A stretch of 64,000 nt of DNA from Auanema rhodensis (Eukaryota; Animalia; Nematoda), in the NCBI GenBank assembly GCA_964057225.1, contig OZ059894.1, positions 7,750,001 to 7,814,000 on the forward strand. The letters run 5' to 3'. The translations under genes and the position numbers were made by a program. This document shows, in pieces, positions 60,701 to 64,000 of this stretch. The notes beneath the pieces are model-generated. The model worked only from the letters and a program-made list of their open reading frames with translations, was not told the origin of the DNA and did not search any database. How positions within the stretch are numbered: the stretch's first letter is position 1; the number at the start of each line of letters is the position of its first letter.

Positions 60701-61904
60701 AATCCTTTTCCTCTCATATTCTTTCTCTATCTCATTCGACATCACTCACTTTCAACAACGTTTTCCTCCCTTTTGTTTCAGACCGATTGTAGGTTGTCTC
60801 AGAGCGTCGAGGTTTGAGTGGGAAGATGAACGCAAAGACATAGAGAGCACATAATACATCAGAGACGCAGATAAGACCGGGAAGAACGGTTGATAGACCA
60901 GAACATTCATGCGACATAAGGTAATCAGAGATGGACTCGTATGTAAGATGAGAGGATGAGAAAAGGATGTGGCCACAGATAAAAGGCAGTCCTGCCATTG
61001 AAGGATAGAATTTTCCTTAAGACAATGACGTGATGATTGGTCAGCAATTGTGGTGAGCCCCATGGTCCCGCCTTGCGTAGGTCTTTTTGGATACGATCTT
61101 TAGACCTTTTCCAGTAACGTATTATGGGTAACTTTGGTACACGGTCAGTGAACAGAAATGTAGTAAGACACTTAATAAGACAAATATCTTCTTTAAAAGA
61201 CGTTCATGCTCTTCTAGTCACTTCTGAACGAATTTGATGAGGTGAATTGACCCTAACAGCATGGTGTAAAGTATTACTCGCGGACATAAGACATGTTATA
61301 AACACAAAAAATGAGGTATCCGAGGTCATTCTTGAAAAAACTTGAAAGGACAATGATTCCGAGAGAAACCTATTTTCAGTAGCCAAACAGACATTTGAAT
61401 TCTAGGTTAACTGAATGCTAGGCCAGACCACATAGCTTAGGGGTAGAGATTGGTAAACCATATCCTATTGGACGGGATTCCCAGGCTCCAGTAAACCCAA
61501 AATATCGAATAAACAACTTTTGGCAATGAAAGTGTGAAAAGACGCATTCGGGAAAAGTAAACAGATGAAGAGATTCAAGCCAACACTTGGTATTGAAATC
61601 GGTTTTGAACTGAACTGAAGTAGTAGAAGACCAGATGGTCGATCATAAAGAGTTCGTGGTCACATAAATGAACACCGCCAATGCTTTGCCTTTTTTTCAT
61701 CATAATTCCTTATCGAAAATAAAACAGTACACGATTATATTCTAGCGATAACTATAGTGCACAAGAGATTTCTAAAGGAGATAAGCTTTAATTGGTAACA
61801 AATGGAAATAACAACAACAAATTATCAACAACCTAATAACAAAGGCACTGAAACGGTAATTCAGAATAACAATCAACATTAATAGCAAGAAAATCATCAA
61901 ATTT

Positions 61905-64000
61905 TTAGCGTCTTTTTCTCTGTTTTTGCTTATATATTTTGCTAATTTTTCCTTTTTTCTTACTGGCACGTTCTTCCTCTTCGAAATCATCCAACATGGC
62001 TCCGAACTACAAAAGAAAATAACATAATTATTAGGACAAGATAGAAATAATCTTACTCGGTCAGCAGCAACTTCATGGTCGTTTTCACCAAAGTCTTCAT
62101 CGTCACTACTTTCACCAGCATTATCACGGCTGGATTTTCCTCTTTGGAAGGCTCTCTCTTCCTCGGCATCATCTTCGAAATCAGATTCCATGTCAACATC
62201 CTCATCATCCTCATCATCTTCATCACCCTATAATTTCGACAATAAAACGGTCGTAAATTGTTTATCCAACTCACATCTTCATCACCATCACCTTCATCAT
62301 CATCTTCATAATCTTCCTCGTCAAGCTCATCATCTTCCCCGTCAGACAGTTGTTCTTCCGCTCCTCGTTTCTCAGCTTTCTTTCTATGTTTTTCAGCTGA
62401 AAATTCTTGGCTGAAATCAACATCGAATTCATCGTTGGCTTCTCCGGGTTCAAACTGATCTAAAAGAAAAACAATGAAATAATATTCTATTCGGACATAA
62501 AATACCAATAATACGATCGAATTCTTCAGAGCCAACACTCTCGAACTCCCACTCATCTCCCTTTTCAGTCGTTTCTTCTTTGGGTTGGAATTTCATCTGG
62601 GCGAATTTATGTAGATAGCGTTCATCAGCTGGCAATTCAGATGTCGATTTTTCGAGATATTCCTTAAGAAAAATAGTTTATAAAAAAAGTCACAACTGAT
62701 TTCACAAACCTTGGAATTGATGGCCAATTTGCGTACACCCCATGGATCATAGGTTTTCTTTCGAGCAACTCTAACTTCCTTCTTTCCTTTAGAAGCGCCT
62801 CTAGGATTTTTATAAGCAAATCTATCAAGGAACTTCATAAGTGTGTAATCTTCCAATGGATCTCCCTTATAGTTGATAAATTGACCCTATAATCACAGAA
62901 ATAAATATGTATAACATCAAAATAAATTACTTTAAGGAGTTGTTCAGCAAAAATAGCAACTGAAGGATGAAAATGCTTTGATAACAGTAAAAGCTCTGTA
63001 TCTGGGAAGCTCTTGGCATCAATGAACAGAGGATTTCTACCAGCGGGATCATATGGAGTTCGATTGGATCGTGCAACTTAATATGCATATGTTGATGCTT
63101 CATGGATAGGATGTATCTTACCTTTGTGCACCCAACCACCCTTGCTGCTGGCCCCACAGGATCCAACAATACCAGATTTGGCCTTTTGATCATTTCCTTC
63201 ACCTTCAGATTCATTTTCACTGTCAGAATTCTAAGAGGGTCATAATTAAATAATTCTTAAAAAGCAAGCTCACCTCATCGGCTTTAGCCTCAATCTTCAC
63301 AACAGGTTTCCCGTCAACATCTAAATCAACATAATGCTCTTCGTCATCTTCATCGAAATTGACTTGAGTAAGAACTTTCTAAATAACAGTGATAATAAAT
63401 AAATTTAAATTAAATAAGCATACATTTGAATCTCTTTTAATGACTAGTACTCCTGGTCGCTTTTCAGCAATTCTGGAGACAAGAATCAAAATAGCCGCGG
63501 TCAAAGGTGGAGTAGCCCCAGTGGCAATCTATAATGATGCTCATGATCAGGAATAAATAGTGGATTCTCACCTGCAATAACCGCTTGATGAATGAACGAA
63601 TTCTATCCTCAGATGCATCAGCTTTCAAGACACGGAACAACAACAGCATAAGTTGATTGTAACAAGAAAGAGGAATCGGTGAAAACAGTTTTCGGTACAA
63701 AGCAGAATAGAATCTGTCTGACAAGGAGTCACTGAAACTCTATTTGTTTCGAGGAAACACAAAAATATATCCAACCTCAAATCTAGAACTTGATACAGCA
63801 GTTTCAATGTTTGCAATGCAACCGGGAAGGAAGAAGTGTGAACAACCTTATACAAAGCATTAATATCTTCCATAAGATTTTCAATTTTGTCTGAAAAAAA
63901 TATTAATACAACTTTCAATATACGGTTTCAAACTTTTAGTGAATGGGAAAGCTCGGTTAGAGGCAGAGAGTAGTATTCCTAATAATCTATTATCAGTTTT
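61905..64000 (-). CDS. CEBPZ: CEBPZ/Noc1/Mak21 ribosome-biogenesis protein, 3' part (5' end beyond window)
   Basis: Exons read [88 protein letters not shown] (CBF/Mak21 domain), then an acidic tail ending KQKQRKRR* (TAA 61907-61905). Confidence 0.88.

Overview
AT-rich eukaryotic DNA from a rhabditid-type nematode: short GT..(TTT)CAG/TAG introns, TTTCAG trans-splice-like acceptors just before start codons, and clear C. elegans orthologues. Most ORF-track entries are noise or exon fragments; gene models below were spliced by hand. Six protein-coding genes, left to right: (1) 7039-16875 (+), a ~2,100-aa, ~37-exon secreted matrix protein (signal peptide, TSP1, three short duplicated exon modules, four different tandem-repeat exons including an extensin-like TPPPSYPYP array, six C6 domains, C-terminal TSP1); (2) ceh-33 and (3) ceh-34, a tandem Six1/2 homeobox pair (+); (4) odr-2, a Ly-6/GPI-type protein (-) whose four common exons (29120-30761) are fed by several alternative 5' exons spread over ~13-15 kb, two of which encode a shared M-x6-L-x-S-[YF]-[LI]-L-A-N-V-x-D leader; (5) ape-1/ASPP (-); (6) the 3' part of a CEBPZ/Noc1/Mak21 gene (-) that runs off the window end. 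No tRNA, rRNA, transposase or CRISPR was recognised. The strongest leads are the odr-2 variable-leader exon array and the modular, frame-symmetric repeat-exon matrix protein.
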